From Candidatus Yanofskybacteria bacterium RIFCSPHIGHO2_01_FULL_44_24 (GTDB taxonomy: Bacteria > Patescibacteriota > Minisyncoccia > 2-02-FULL-40-12 > GWA2-44-9), in assembly GCA_001794215.1 (NCBI GenBank), contig MGJK01000003.1, forward strand, positions 1 to 46,011: 46,011 nt of DNA. The letters are read 5' to 3'. Numbering within the stretch: position 1 is the stretch's first letter; each line of letters begins with the position of its first letter. The position numbers and the translations under genes were made by a program. The notes under the pieces are model-generated. The model ran no database searches and was not told the origin of the DNA. It saw only the letters and a list, made by a program, of their open reading frames with translations. Below, one piece after another: positions 37,362-45,995 of the stretch.

Positions 37362-37615
37362 TAATATTTGTTGAGCCGGCAGCGTTTTAAAGTTAAGATG
37401 GTCTATCTGGAGCCAAGATAGCGAACCTGGCTCTTTTGTAAAGACGGAATCATGTGGATATCTCTATTATAGCATAAAGGGCTTGACCTGCGGGGATATA
37501 TTTGTTAGTATTATTCCAGTAACTTAGTGGTCCGCAGATGCGGACCCGTATTTTTAAATAGCAATCAATCAACGGTAAACAATTCATAACGCTGTTGTAA
37601 ATTGTGAGTTGAGGA

Positions 37616-38881
37616 TTGTCGGTAGAATTGGAAACTAAACAATTTTTGTCAGCTATAAAGCAGATTTCTGAAGAAAAAGGAATTTCAGAGAAAAGCGTCA
37701 TAGAAACAATCGAGGCCGCCATCGCTGCCGCCTACAAAAGGGATTACGGTAAAAAAGGCCAGATCATTAAAGCCAAACTCGACATGGAAACGGGCGATTT
37801 GGACATGACCCAGATCAGCTATGTAGTCGAGGGGATGGATGAAGAGGGCTATATAACCGGTAAGTTGCCGGCTAAATTATCCGAAGACAGGGCTGATATG
37901 CAGGACTTGGAAGATTTGAGACAGAGAAGGGAAAGGCGGGAGAAAATAGAAGAAGAAAAAAAGGAAGAAAACGGAGAGATAAAAATTAAATTCAATCCCG
38001 AAAAGCATGTACTTTTAGAAGATGCCAAAAAGAAAAATAAAAAATTAAAGGTAGGCGACGAAATCGTGGTTAAGCTTGAAGCCCAGACCAGCTTCGGCCG
38101 TATCGCCGCCCAAACGGCCAAGCAGGTCATTATCCAGAGACTGAGAGAGGCCGAGCGGAACGCTATCTTTTCCGAGTTTAAGAATAGGGAAGGCGAGCTG
38201 ATAAGCGGCGTAGTTCAAAGACGCGAGGGCCCCTTAGTTTTTATCGACCTTGGTAAAACAAACGGCCTCCTGGTTCCCATTGAACAAATACCCACCGATA
38301 ATTACAGGATCGGACAACGACTAAGGTTTCTTATTTTAAAAGTGGAAGAAACCTCGCGCGGACCGATGATTCTTTTATCCAGATCACATCCCAAGCTGGT
38401 AGTCGAACTTTTCCGAGTGGAAGTTCCGGAAATAGACAGCGGATCGGTAGAGATCAGGGCGATCGCCCGAGAAGCCGGGTCAAGGACCAAGATCGCGGTA
38501 AGCTCGAAAGAGGAAGGCGTTGATCCGATCGGGTCTCTGGTGGGGCAAAAAGGAGTCAGGGTGCAGACCGTCATTAATGAGCTCTCTGGTGAGAAGATAG
38601 ATATAATTCTTTGGAGCGAGAAGCCGAAAGAATTCATTGCCAACTCTCTTTCTCCGGCCAAAGTAGTAAATGTCGATATTATTGATGAAAAAAGAAGACA
38701 TGTTTTAGTCGAAGTGTCCGATGACCAGTTCTCCTTGGCTATAGGGAAAAGAGGACAGAATGTCCGACTTGCCGCCAAACTTACAAACTGGAAAATAGAC
38801 GTCCGGTCGCCCAAGGAAAACCTCAATTTTAAAGAGGTCGTCGAAGAAACGGAAATTAAGAACGAAACAGCGAGCCTATAA
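37616..38881 (+). CDS. nusA: Transcription factor NusA
   Basis: FGRIAAQTAKQVIIQ, S1 domain, AREAGSRTKIAV, LAIGKRGQNVRLAAKLT. Confidence 0.97.
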   Translation: MSVELETKQFLSAIKQISEEKGISEKSVIETIEAAIAAAYKRDYGKKGQIIKAKLDMETGDLDMTQISYVVEGMDEEGYITGKLPAKLSEDRADMQDLEDLRQRRERREKIEEEKKEENGEIKIKFNPEKHVLLEDAKKKNKKLKVGDEIVVKLEAQTSFGRIAAQTAKQVIIQRLREAERNAIFSEFKNREGELISGVVQRREGPLVFIDLGKTNGLLVPIEQIPTDNYRIGQRLRFLILKVEETSRGPMILLSRSHPKLVVELFRVEVPEIDSGSVEIRAIAREAGSRTKIAVSSKEEGVDPIGSLVGQKGVRVQTVINELSGEKIDIILWSEKPKEFIANSLSPAKVVNVDIIDEKRRHVLVEVSDDQFSLAIGKRGQNVRLAAKLTNWKIDVRSPKENLNFKEVVEETEIKNETASL

Positions 38882-38886
38882 AAGCC

Positions 38887-40170
38887 ATGGAATCAACACT
38901 CAAGAAAATCAGCAAAGATCAGTCCGAGCTGTTTATTGAGCTTGGGAAAGAAGAGCTGGTCAAATTTATAGACAAAGCCGAGACACTTCTTTCTCGCGAC
39001 CTTCATATAGATGGTTTTCGGAAAGGCAAAGCCCCTAAAGATTTAGTAAAAAGACATTTTGGAGAGCAGTTTATACTTGAAACCGCGCTTGATTTAGCCG
39101 TAAAACAAAGTTTAGCCGAGACTATTAAAGAAAAAGATCTCGAAGTCCTTAAGGCCTCTTCTCTTAACATAGTCGAGAACAGTTCGCAGCGTTTAATATA
39201 TAAGGTTTTACTGACTCTTTTCCCTGAAATAAAATTGCCTGACCTCAGGACTATTAAAGTCAAAAGAAGAGAAGTTCAGGTAACATCGGAGGAGGTAAAT
39301 AACACCCTGGAAGATATTAGGTCTTCAAGGGCGACTTTCTTGGATAAAGACGAACCGGTCGAGAACGGCGACAGGGTTGAAATTGACTTCGAAGCTTTTA
39401 TTAACGGACAGGCGATTGAGGGCGGGGTAAGCAAGAACCACCCCCTCATAGTCGGCAAAAAGACTTTCATACCCGGATTCGAAGAAAAGTTAGTGGGGAT
39501 GAGAAAAGGAGAAGAGACGACATTCTCTTTAAATGCTCCGGAAAACTACTTCAATAAAGATATCGCCGGCAAAGAACTCGACTTCAAGGTTAAGGTGGTG
39601 GATGTCAAAAAGGTGACTCTTCCGACCTTGGACGACGGTTTCGCCAAGCTTTTAGGGAATTTTGGCAATTTTCAAGATCTCGAAGCGAGCGTAAGGGACG
39701 GTATTTTAGCGGAAAAAAAATCGAAAGAGCGGGAACGCTTGTTGGTTGAGGCCGTAAGTAAGATCACCGAAAAATCAGATATCAAGGTTACCGAAGACCT
39801 TATCGACCAGAAAGTGGAGGAAATGGTAGCGAGATTCGATCAAGACCTGCATCAAAAGGGGATGGAGCTGAGCCTCTATCTTGCCCATATAAATAAAACT
39901 CAGGATGAGCTAAGGCAAGACTGGAGAGAAAATGCGGACAAACAGCTTAAGACCTCTCTAATTATTCAGAAAATATCAAAAGAAAAAAAGATTAACGCAT
40001 CGGAAGCAGAGGTAGAAGAGGCCGTCAGCCAAGCCATTCAGATGCTCTCTGCAAGAGGGGACGTCCAAAGCGACTCTCTTGATTTAGAAAAGATCAAAGA
40101 AGAAGTGGCGTCCAAGATAATTAACGACAAGACCCTGTCTTATATCGAAAGCATTTGCATCTCGGCTTAG
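38887..40170 (+). CDS. tig: Trigger factor
   Basis: IDGFRKGKAP ribosome-binding motif; FKBP domain FIPGFEE. Confidence 0.95.
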   Translation: MESTLKKISKDQSELFIELGKEELVKFIDKAETLLSRDLHIDGFRKGKAPKDLVKRHFGEQFILETALDLAVKQSLAETIKEKDLEVLKASSLNIVENSSQRLIYKVLLTLFPEIKLPDLRTIKVKRREVQVTSEEVNNTLEDIRSSRATFLDKDEPVENGDRVEIDFEAFINGQAIEGGVSKNHPLIVGKKTFIPGFEEKLVGMRKGEETTFSLNAPENYFNKDIAGKELDFKVKVVDVKKVTLPTLDDGFAKLLGNFGNFQDLEASVRDGILAEKKSKERERLLVEAVSKITEKSDIKVTEDLIDQKVEEMVARFDQDLHQKGMELSLYLAHINKTQDELRQDWRENADKQLKTSLIIQKISKEKKINASEAEVEEAVSQAIQMLSARGDVQSDSLDLEKIKEEVASKIINDKTLSYIESICISA

Positions 40171-40222
40171 AAACCTTAAAACAAAACACCCATGAATTAA
40201 AGGGTGTTTTGTTTTAAGGTTT
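40171..40222 (+). terminator. Terminator-like hairpin after tig
   Basis: 21 bp inverted repeat aaaccttaaaacaaaacaccc / gggtgttttgttttaaggttt. Confidence 0.75.
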
Positions 40223-40441
40223 ATTTCTGCGGTACCTCTGATTCGCTGGTTTTACGAGGCTTGAATTATCCCAATTAAATTAATAATATGGGAACAGATG
40301 TATTCCCAGCTCCGCTTTTCGGTACCAACCCCTGTATTTGACCGGTTGGTCTCAAGAAGCGGAGCTGGGTATTTGATTACCCCGGTAGCCACATAACCCG
40401 AAGTACCACCTTATGCTTAATTATACACTATTATTCTAACA

Positions 40442-41617
40442 ATGTCAAGTAACCCTAAAAAGGCCATATATTTAGATAATGCCGCCGCTACCCCTATCGA
40501 TAAAGCCGTAAAAGACGAAATGTTTGAATTTTCAAACTCTTTTTACGGCAACCCGTCGTCTTTTAATGAAAAAGGGCGGGAGGCGCGGGATCGTATCGAA
40601 AAAGCCCGAGCCTTCGTGGCTAAGTTTATAGGCGCCCGTCCTGATGAAGTTATTTTCACAAGTTCTGGATCGGAAGCTAACAATTTGGCCATATTAGGAT
40701 CTCTTGGCAGCGATCAGCCCGGAGAGGCGGTAGTTATGTCCATAGAGCATCCTTCAGTTCTGGAGGCCTATAAAGTTCTACGAGATAGGGGATGGAAGAT
40801 AAGCCATATCAAGGTTGACGAGAATGGTTTAATCAGTCTTGAAGATCTTGAAAGCAAGCTCAGCGCAAGAGTTAAGTCAGTATCCGTGATGTATGCTAAT
40901 AACGAAATAGGAACCATCGAGCCGATAAAAAAGATTTCAAAAGTCATCAGTAACTTTAGGAATAAAAAAATATTTCCTCTTTTGCACGTTGATGCCTGTC
41001 AGGCAACGGAATACCTTGGTATGAACGTGAACAATTTAGGCGTTGATTTAATGACGTTCAACGGCTCTAAAATATACGGGCCGCGCGGGATAGGCGTCCT
41101 CTATGCAAGGAGGGGTGTAAAAATAAATCCTCAAATTGTCGGTGGCGATCAGGAGGGGGGTCGTCGGGCTGGAACAGAAAATGCCCCGGCTATTGTAGGA
41201 ATGGCCAAAGCCCTGAGCCTTATAGACCGAAAAGAAGGCGAAAGACTCAGTAGGCTGAGGGATTATTTCATAGAAAATATTCAAAAAGTAATTCCCGGAA
41301 TCAAAATAAACGGAGCTTTGGGCAAAAATAGGCTCCCTAATAATATAAATATTTCCATTTCTGGCCTGAGCAGCGAGATACTGCTTTTGGAGCTCGATAA
41401 ATACGGGATCTATGCCGGATCGGGATCGGCTTGCACCGCAAGATCGGTTGAGCCTTCACATGTTCTCAGGGCGATCGGCAATGAAAGCAAGTATTTGGAG
41501 GGGGCTTTACGGTTTAGTTTAGGGCGCGGGACAAATAAAAACGACTTAAATTATGTTTTCAAGATTCTTCCTCAAATTGTTCTTAATCTAAAAAAAAGGC
41601 TACAATACAGGATATGA
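40442..41617 (+). CDS. iscS: Cysteine desulfurase (IscS/NifS type I)
   Basis: YLDNAAATP, ANNEIG, HVDACQ, GSKIYGP, RAGTEN, SGSAC. Confidence 0.9.
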   Translation: MSSNPKKAIYLDNAAATPIDKAVKDEMFEFSNSFYGNPSSFNEKGREARDRIEKARAFVAKFIGARPDEVIFTSSGSEANNLAILGSLGSDQPGEAVVMSIEHPSVLEAYKVLRDRGWKISHIKVDENGLISLEDLESKLSARVKSVSVMYANNEIGTIEPIKKISKVISNFRNKKIFPLLHVDACQATEYLGMNVNNLGVDLMTFNGSKIYGPRGIGVLYARRGVKINPQIVGGDQEGGRRAGTENAPAIVGMAKALSLIDRKEGERLSRLRDYFIENIQKVIPGIKINGALGKNRLPNNINISISGLSSEILLLELDKYGIYAGSGSACTARSVEPSHVLRAIGNESKYLEGALRFSLGRGTNKNDLNYVFKILPQIVLNLKKRLQYRI

Positions 41618-42783
41618 AAATAGGATTTTTCTCAGAGACGTACCTTCCCGTAATTCACGGAGTGACTATATCCATAGAGACATTCAGAAAAGAACTGGAG
41701 TCAATGGGCCACAAGGTTTATATATATACCTTAGATATTCCCGGATATAAGGACAAGACTCCAAATGTTTTCAGGTTTAAATCTATAAGAATAATAAAAA
41801 ATCCTGAGCTTCGGCAGCTTCAGCCGGCTCTGCATTTGAAGCCGGTCAGAGCCTCCTTAGAAGAGATACATAAGCTCAAATTAGACATAGTCCATGCCCA
41901 TACTCCTTTTAGCTTGGGCGTCTTGGCCAAGAGCGTCTCTAAGGAGCAGAAGATCCCCATGGTATATACTCATCACACGGATTATCCAGAATATATTAAG
42001 TTTTACTGGAAGGACAAGATTATTCTTCCTCGATTAATGAAGGTTTACACTCGATGGTTCTCTAATCTTTCAAACGGCATTATTGCCCCATCTCTTAAAA
42101 TCAAAAGGTACTTGCGTGGATACGGTGTAAATAAAAAAATCCCGATTTATGTCCTTCAGACAGGTATTGACCTTAATCTTTTTAAAAAATCTCCGGCTGC
42201 CGGTTTTTTGGTAAGGAGGAAGTTGGGCATATCTCCTCAAGCCAAGGTTTTGATATGCGTCGGTAGGATAGGTCAGGAGAAGAATGTTGAATTTATAATC
42301 AGGGCTTTTGGCGAGATTTCTAAAGATAGAGAAGGAATATTTTTAATGATGGTAGGCGAGGGTCCTTTCTTTGAAAGCCTCAAGAAGATAGTCAAAGATT
42401 CGGGGCTGGATAAAAAGGTAATATTCACCGGCAGAATTTCTCACGACGAAATTAAGGACTATTATAACGCAGCCGACTTGTTTGTCTTTGCTTCTTATAC
42501 GGATACTCAGGGCATCGTAATTATCGAGGCAATGGCCTGTGGTTTACCGGTGGTGGCGTTAAAAGACGATGCATTTTCTGACATGATAGCTGATGGTAAA
42601 AATAGCTTTATGGTAAATAAGCAATCAGAAAAGATTTTTGCCCAAAAGGTTAATCAGTTGCTTGGCGATAAAGAATTATACAGAAAATTCTCATCAGCAG
42701 CTATTAAGCAAGCCGCTGCTTTCTCTAAGGAGAATATGGCCAAAAAGCTTATCTCCGTATACAAGTCTTTATTGAAAAAATAG
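41614..42783 (+). CDS. GT4 glycosyltransferase (diacylglycerol glucosyltransferase-like)
   Basis: ETYLPVIHGV, HAHTPF, YTHHT, GRIGQEKN, DTQGIVIIEAMACGLPVV. Confidence 0.88.
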   Translation: MKIGFFSETYLPVIHGVTISIETFRKELESMGHKVYIYTLDIPGYKDKTPNVFRFKSIRIIKNPELRQLQPALHLKPVRASLEEIHKLKLDIVHAHTPFSLGVLAKSVSKEQKIPMVYTHHTDYPEYIKFYWKDKIILPRLMKVYTRWFSNLSNGIIAPSLKIKRYLRGYGVNKKIPIYVLQTGIDLNLFKKSPAAGFLVRRKLGISPQAKVLICVGRIGQEKNVEFIIRAFGEISKDREGIFLMMVGEGPFFESLKKIVKDSGLDKKVIFTGRISHDEIKDYYNAADLFVFASYTDTQGIVIIEAMACGLPVVALKDDAFSDMIADGKNSFMVNKQSEKIFAQKVNQLLGDKELYRKFSSAAIKQAAAFSKENMAKKLISVYKSLLKK

Positions 42784-42812
42784 GATTTTGTGATAAAATA
42801 TCCGCCAGTAAT

Positions 42813-42884
42813 GCCCCCATAGCTCAACGGATAGAGCGACACCCTTCGAAGGTGGAGATCTGGGTTCGATTCCTGGTGGGGGCG
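42813..42884 (+). tRNA. tRNA-Arg(TCG)
   Basis: Acceptor GCCCCCA/TGGGGGC; anticodon loop CT-TCG-AA; T loop TTCGATT. Confidence 0.92.
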
Positions 42885-42955
42885 CAAGAATAGATCGAAG
42901 TCTAAAAAATAAAAATAATTTTCAATTTTGATATTTACATTTAAAGTTATTATAC

Positions 42956-43028
42956 GCGCCCGTAGCTTAATTGGTGAAGCAGCTCGCTCTTAACGAGAAG
43001 ATTGAAGGTTCGAGTCCTTCCGGGCGCA
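42956..43028 (+). tRNA. tRNA-Lys(CTT)
   Basis: Acceptor GCGCCCG/CGGGCGC; anticodon loop CT-CTT-AA; T arm GAAGG-TTCGAGT-CCTTC. Confidence 0.93.
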
Positions 43029-43039
43029 CAGCTTTAAGT

Positions 43040-43354
43040 ATGAAAGAAGTACTACCCAAAAATCGATTAATTGAGGACCCGGACTATTATAGGAATATCA
43101 TAGAGAGAATTGCCGAGGAACTTGAAGGGTTGGCTAAGTTATTTGACCAAGAAACATCAGGCATTCGCAGAATGAGTGGGTCATGGGGAGAGAAAGCTGC
43201 TCTACTTAAGTCAGGCGAGAAGCTTGGGTCAGATCAGTCGGCAGTGAGAGAAATAGTTAAGGATATTGCAGATAATGCAGGGTTATCGGTTGGAGAGCGA
43301 CAATATCTTTTAGGTCGGGTGTTTAATCCGCCAAGACTTAGAAAGACCGATTAA
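43040..43354 (+). CDS. Hypothetical protein
   Basis: ATG 43040, 11 nt after tRNA-Lys; the track start 42971 lies inside the tRNA. Confidence 0.55.
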   Translation: MKEVLPKNRLIEDPDYYRNIIERIAEELEGLAKLFDQETSGIRRMSGSWGEKAALLKSGEKLGSDQSAVREIVKDIADNAGLSVGERQYLLGRVFNPPRLRKTD

Positions 43355-43415
43355 GAATAGTTTTCATATAGATCGTCAGCTCTTTTAGTATTTGGCATTC
43401 AAACTAACGGCAATT

Positions 43416-43447
43416 AATCTAAAAACCCCTTCCGGGGTTTTTAGATT
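43416..43447. terminator. Bidirectional terminator
   Basis: aatctaaaaacccc-ttcc-ggggtttttagatt between convergent genes. Confidence 0.8.
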
Positions 43448-44006
43448 AGGATTCCTGAACTATTTCTATGACAACTCTTTTACTTCCGAAAGTCTTGGCT
43501 AAGTTTCTTTCGGGGAACCAGATGTCGATATTATTCGTATACCGGGCATTCATTCTGTCTTCAACGACGAATACCTTATCACCGTAAATTTCCGGTATCC
43601 TAACCAATGTGCCAAAAGGAACTCGGCGGCCGTTGACATAAAAATTTGCCGCGATGATACCGTCGCGGACATATGCTCCGGAAGCGGTTATGAAGGGCGT
43701 GCTGTCGGTTTGATCTGGAGTCGAAGAGTACCCCGTTGCCCTAACCGTGTGGGTTTTTACAACCTTTAATTCCGGAGCGGGTTCTTTTTTGTCGGCTACA
43801 ATATCACCTAAAACAAGAAGCTGGTCAGAGTTATAGATACCGTTCATCGAAAATTCCCCAAGATCTAATAAGCCGTTAAGCAGTCCGCCTCCGTCATTTG
43901 GGTTTGATGCCCAGCTAAAGAAACCGGCCTGAGCTGGGGCTTGGGGGATTAGCTGACACAAAAGAACCACAGCTCCTATCGATATTAATTGTGTAATTTT
44001 AACCAT
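43446..44006 (-). CDS. Secreted 3D-domain (MltA-like) cell-wall protein
   Basis: Signal peptide; ATGYSSTPDQTD, TASG, VVEDRM, IDIWF. Confidence 0.85.
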   Translation of the reverse strand: MVKITQLISIGAVVLLCQLIPQAPAQAGFFSWASNPNDGGGLLNGLLDLGEFSMNGIYNSDQLLVLGDIVADKKEPAPELKVVKTHTVRATGYSSTPDQTDSTPFITASGAYVRDGIIAANFYVNGRRVPFGTLVRIPEIYGDKVFVVEDRMNARYTNNIDIWFPERNLAKTFGSKRVVIEIVQES

Positions 44007-44102
44007 TTTTTAGCCTCATGAGCCGGTATTATCTGTTCTCGGGGCTCGCTTTATGAAGTTGCGCCGCCCCCGACTCAAAGTAGGTTGAATATAGGTCTTT
44101 TA

Positions 44103-44245
44103 GGCAACACCCTCACACCTATCAAGTACTTGCCGCTCTTGTTTCCATGGACAGTATTATCTACCCAGACCATAGGTTAGGTCGGTCAGAATAATAATCA
44201 TGGCAACTGTTAAGAAACATGTATTTGATAGGTGTGAGGGCAACA
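44103..44245. repeat. 131 nt imperfect palindrome flanked by a GGCAACA direct repeat
   Basis: ccctcacacctatcaagtac (44110-44129) versus gtatttgataggtgtgaggg (44221-44240), 19/20 complementary; nested inner helices. Confidence 0.8.
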
Positions 44246-44303
44246 AAAAACGGCTTACAAAGCCATTTCTTCGCCATAGCCCAATATCTCAGGCTACCTT
44301 ACA

Positions 44304-44332
44304 ATGTTAGCAGATTTGGACCGAAAAGTCAA
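44304..44332 (-). promoter_or_regulatory. sigma70 promoter upstream of the 3D-gene leader
   Basis: TTGACT-N17-TAACAT with an extended TG. Confidence 0.65.
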
Positions 44333-44805
44333 GGGAGTCGATCATGCCTGAAAGGCCAGTGGTTCGATGCCATCTTCACCCCCTTTTTAGCTGAAATTAT
44401 TATACCTACTATTGCCAAAACCATTACCAATCCATTATAGCTCAATCTAGCGGGGTCATCTTCGGTCAGATTGATCCACATCCCGAATTCGTCGAAAGCA
44501 AGTCCCAATCCTAAGCCATGGAGTAGCGCAATCCAATATTTTGCTCTCGGCCCGTTAAATACGAGCGCAAGATATCCCGATACCATGACAACAAGAAAAC
44601 CGTAAACAAAATGATGGACATGAATTCCGGCCCAGAGAATATAGAAATCCGGGAGGGTGCGGCTGAAAACCCTTGCTCCTACGAAGGTAAGCAGAAAGGC
44701 CACGGTAATGGGGAAAAGGATCGAAATATAAAGACCGGGTTCCTGGGTGAGAACCTTGGTTCTTATCGATCTCTTCATTTTTGAGAAGATGTTCAGGGAT
44801 AGCAT
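44329..44805 (-). CDS. Integral membrane protein with HxHH motif
   Basis: Four hydrophobic segments, IHVHHFVYG, GLGLAFDEF. Confidence 0.75.
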   Translation of the reverse strand: MLSLNIFSKMKRSIRTKVLTQEPGLYISILFPITVAFLLTFVGARVFSRTLPDFYILWAGIHVHHFVYGFLVVMVSGYLALVFNGPRAKYWIALLHGLGLGLAFDEFGMWINLTEDDPARLSYNGLVMVLAIVGIIISAKKGVKMASNHWPFRHDRLP

Positions 44806-44904
44806 TTGATTGTCGTAAACTCTGTTCTTGCGAACCGAGTTTGACTCGGGAGCGGGCCGCTCATTTTCGTAAACGAGCCTTGCTCAAAAAATGATAGGAC
44901 TTTG

Positions 44905-44975
44905 AGCGGGTGAAGGGGATCGAACCCTCGTACCCGGCTTGGCAAGCCGGTTCACTACCACTGTGATACACCCGC
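44905..44975 (-). tRNA. tRNA-Gly(GCC)
   Basis: Minus strand: acceptor GCGGGTG/CACCCGC, anticodon arm CCGGC-TTGCCAA-GCCGG, T loop TTCGATC, U73. Confidence 0.94.
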
Positions 44976-45000
44976 TTATTTTATGGTTAGTATATCCGAT

Positions 45001-45690
45001 TCAAGCGGCATTTTCAATGTTTAAGGCGTAAGCTTCTAAGTGATTTTGGCAGAGGGTTATCCATCTCAATATCCGCTCCTTTAGAGCTCTACTGCTTACG
45101 AAGACGGTGCATACTCCGAATGAAAGTCTTTTGCGAGTATGCCGGCCTTTTATGTAAATAGATTTCTTAAATTTTTCTAAAGGAATTCCTGTGGTTTTAC
45201 TCCAATAATTTTTCTGAACAGAATCAATGAGGTCGGGGTAAAGAAGCAGGCATGCCGAAATCTTATCAGGGCTTATTTTAAGGGATTTAGATAAAAACAG
45301 GTAAAATATCTTGATCATTTCCGGATCACTATTTCCAAGCCTTACCTGGCTGGATTTTGACTGTTTTTCTCCTTCGGCCCAATAGAGCATTAAGCCGGCC
45401 CAAAAAAGCGGATCTTCTTTTAACCTGCCGAACTCTTTTATCGCAGCGGTTCTATATTCTTCGTGCTTAAGTTTCCAGCGCTCACGGTTGGCATGAGCCA
45501 TAATCTCCAAGGTTTTTGGGTTGGCTAAAGACACCTGACTTGATAGGCGGTTTTTTATTTCTCGAGACCAGGGCTGATTCTTAAACCATCCGGATAGAGT
45601 TGCTATTGGTATGTCCAGCTCTTGGTGGATAGACTTATAGCTTCTCCCGGATAGTCTTAGCTGTATGGCTAATTCCTTGTCTTTTCGCAT
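45001..45690 (-). CDS. HTH plus LAGLIDADG-like domain protein
   Basis: N-terminal AIQLRLSGRSYKSI..L.IP.ATLSGW HTH; AGLMLYWAEGEK helix, then LGNSDP..I..F. Confidence 0.65.
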   Translation of the reverse strand: MRKDKELAIQLRLSGRSYKSIHQELDIPIATLSGWFKNQPWSREIKNRLSSQVSLANPKTLEIMAHANRERWKLKHEEYRTAAIKEFGRLKEDPLFWAGLMLYWAEGEKQSKSSQVRLGNSDPEMIKIFYLFLSKSLKISPDKISACLLLYPDLIDSVQKNYWSKTTGIPLEKFKKSIYIKGRHTRKRLSFGVCTVFVSSRALKERILRWITLCQNHLEAYALNIENAA

Positions 45691-45701
45691 GTGTTGACAA
45701 T

Positions 45702-45788
45702 TGTGGATATACCCTCCGTACCCCTAATAGAGTATATAGATTTAGTATAACAAAGGGGTTCGGTTTTTGTGGATATCGATGTGGATAA
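45702..45788 (-). promoter_or_regulatory. Cluster of three co-oriented DnaA boxes
   Basis: tgtggatat 45702-45710, tgtggatat 45768-45776, tgtggataa 45780-45788. Confidence 0.6.
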
Positions 45789-45861
45789 CATAGATTTAGG
45801 TAGCGTTTATATTGAAAAAAAGCCGATTTAGTGTTAGTATATAGCAGGATTATTGGAGAAT

Positions 45862-45936
45862 GCCGCGGTAGCTCAGTGGTAGAGCATATCCCTGAAGAGG
45901 ATGTGGCCGTCAGTTCGATTCTGACCCGCGGCACCA
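45862..45936 (+). tRNA. tRNA-Phe(GAA)
   Basis: Acceptor GCCGCGG/CCGCGGC; anticodon arm TATCC-CTGAAGA-GGATG; T loop TTCGATT; ends ACCA. Confidence 0.95.
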
Positions 45937-45970
45937 AAACAGAACTCAACGGCTTTTTCAAAGCCAGAAG

Positions 45971-45995
45971 GTGGGACGCGCGAAGCGCGTCCCAC
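45971..45995. repeat. GC-rich GAA-loop mini-hairpin
   Basis: gtgggacgcgc-gaa-gcgcgtcccac; same ACGCGC-GAA-GCGCGT core as the reverse complement of 174-190. Confidence 0.75.

Noticed and set aside
40305-40369. SRP (4.5S) RNA
   Set aside because: No GNRA-capped helix 8 with the CAGG/AGCA internal loop on either strand.
198-41284. Remaining 60-170 aa ORFs nested in or antisense to well-supported genes
   Set aside because: No motifs or independent expression signals; expected shadow frames.
44007-44300. c-di-AMP (ydaO) riboswitch
   Set aside because: The conserved GCTGAA and GGGGTGAA-type segments were not found.
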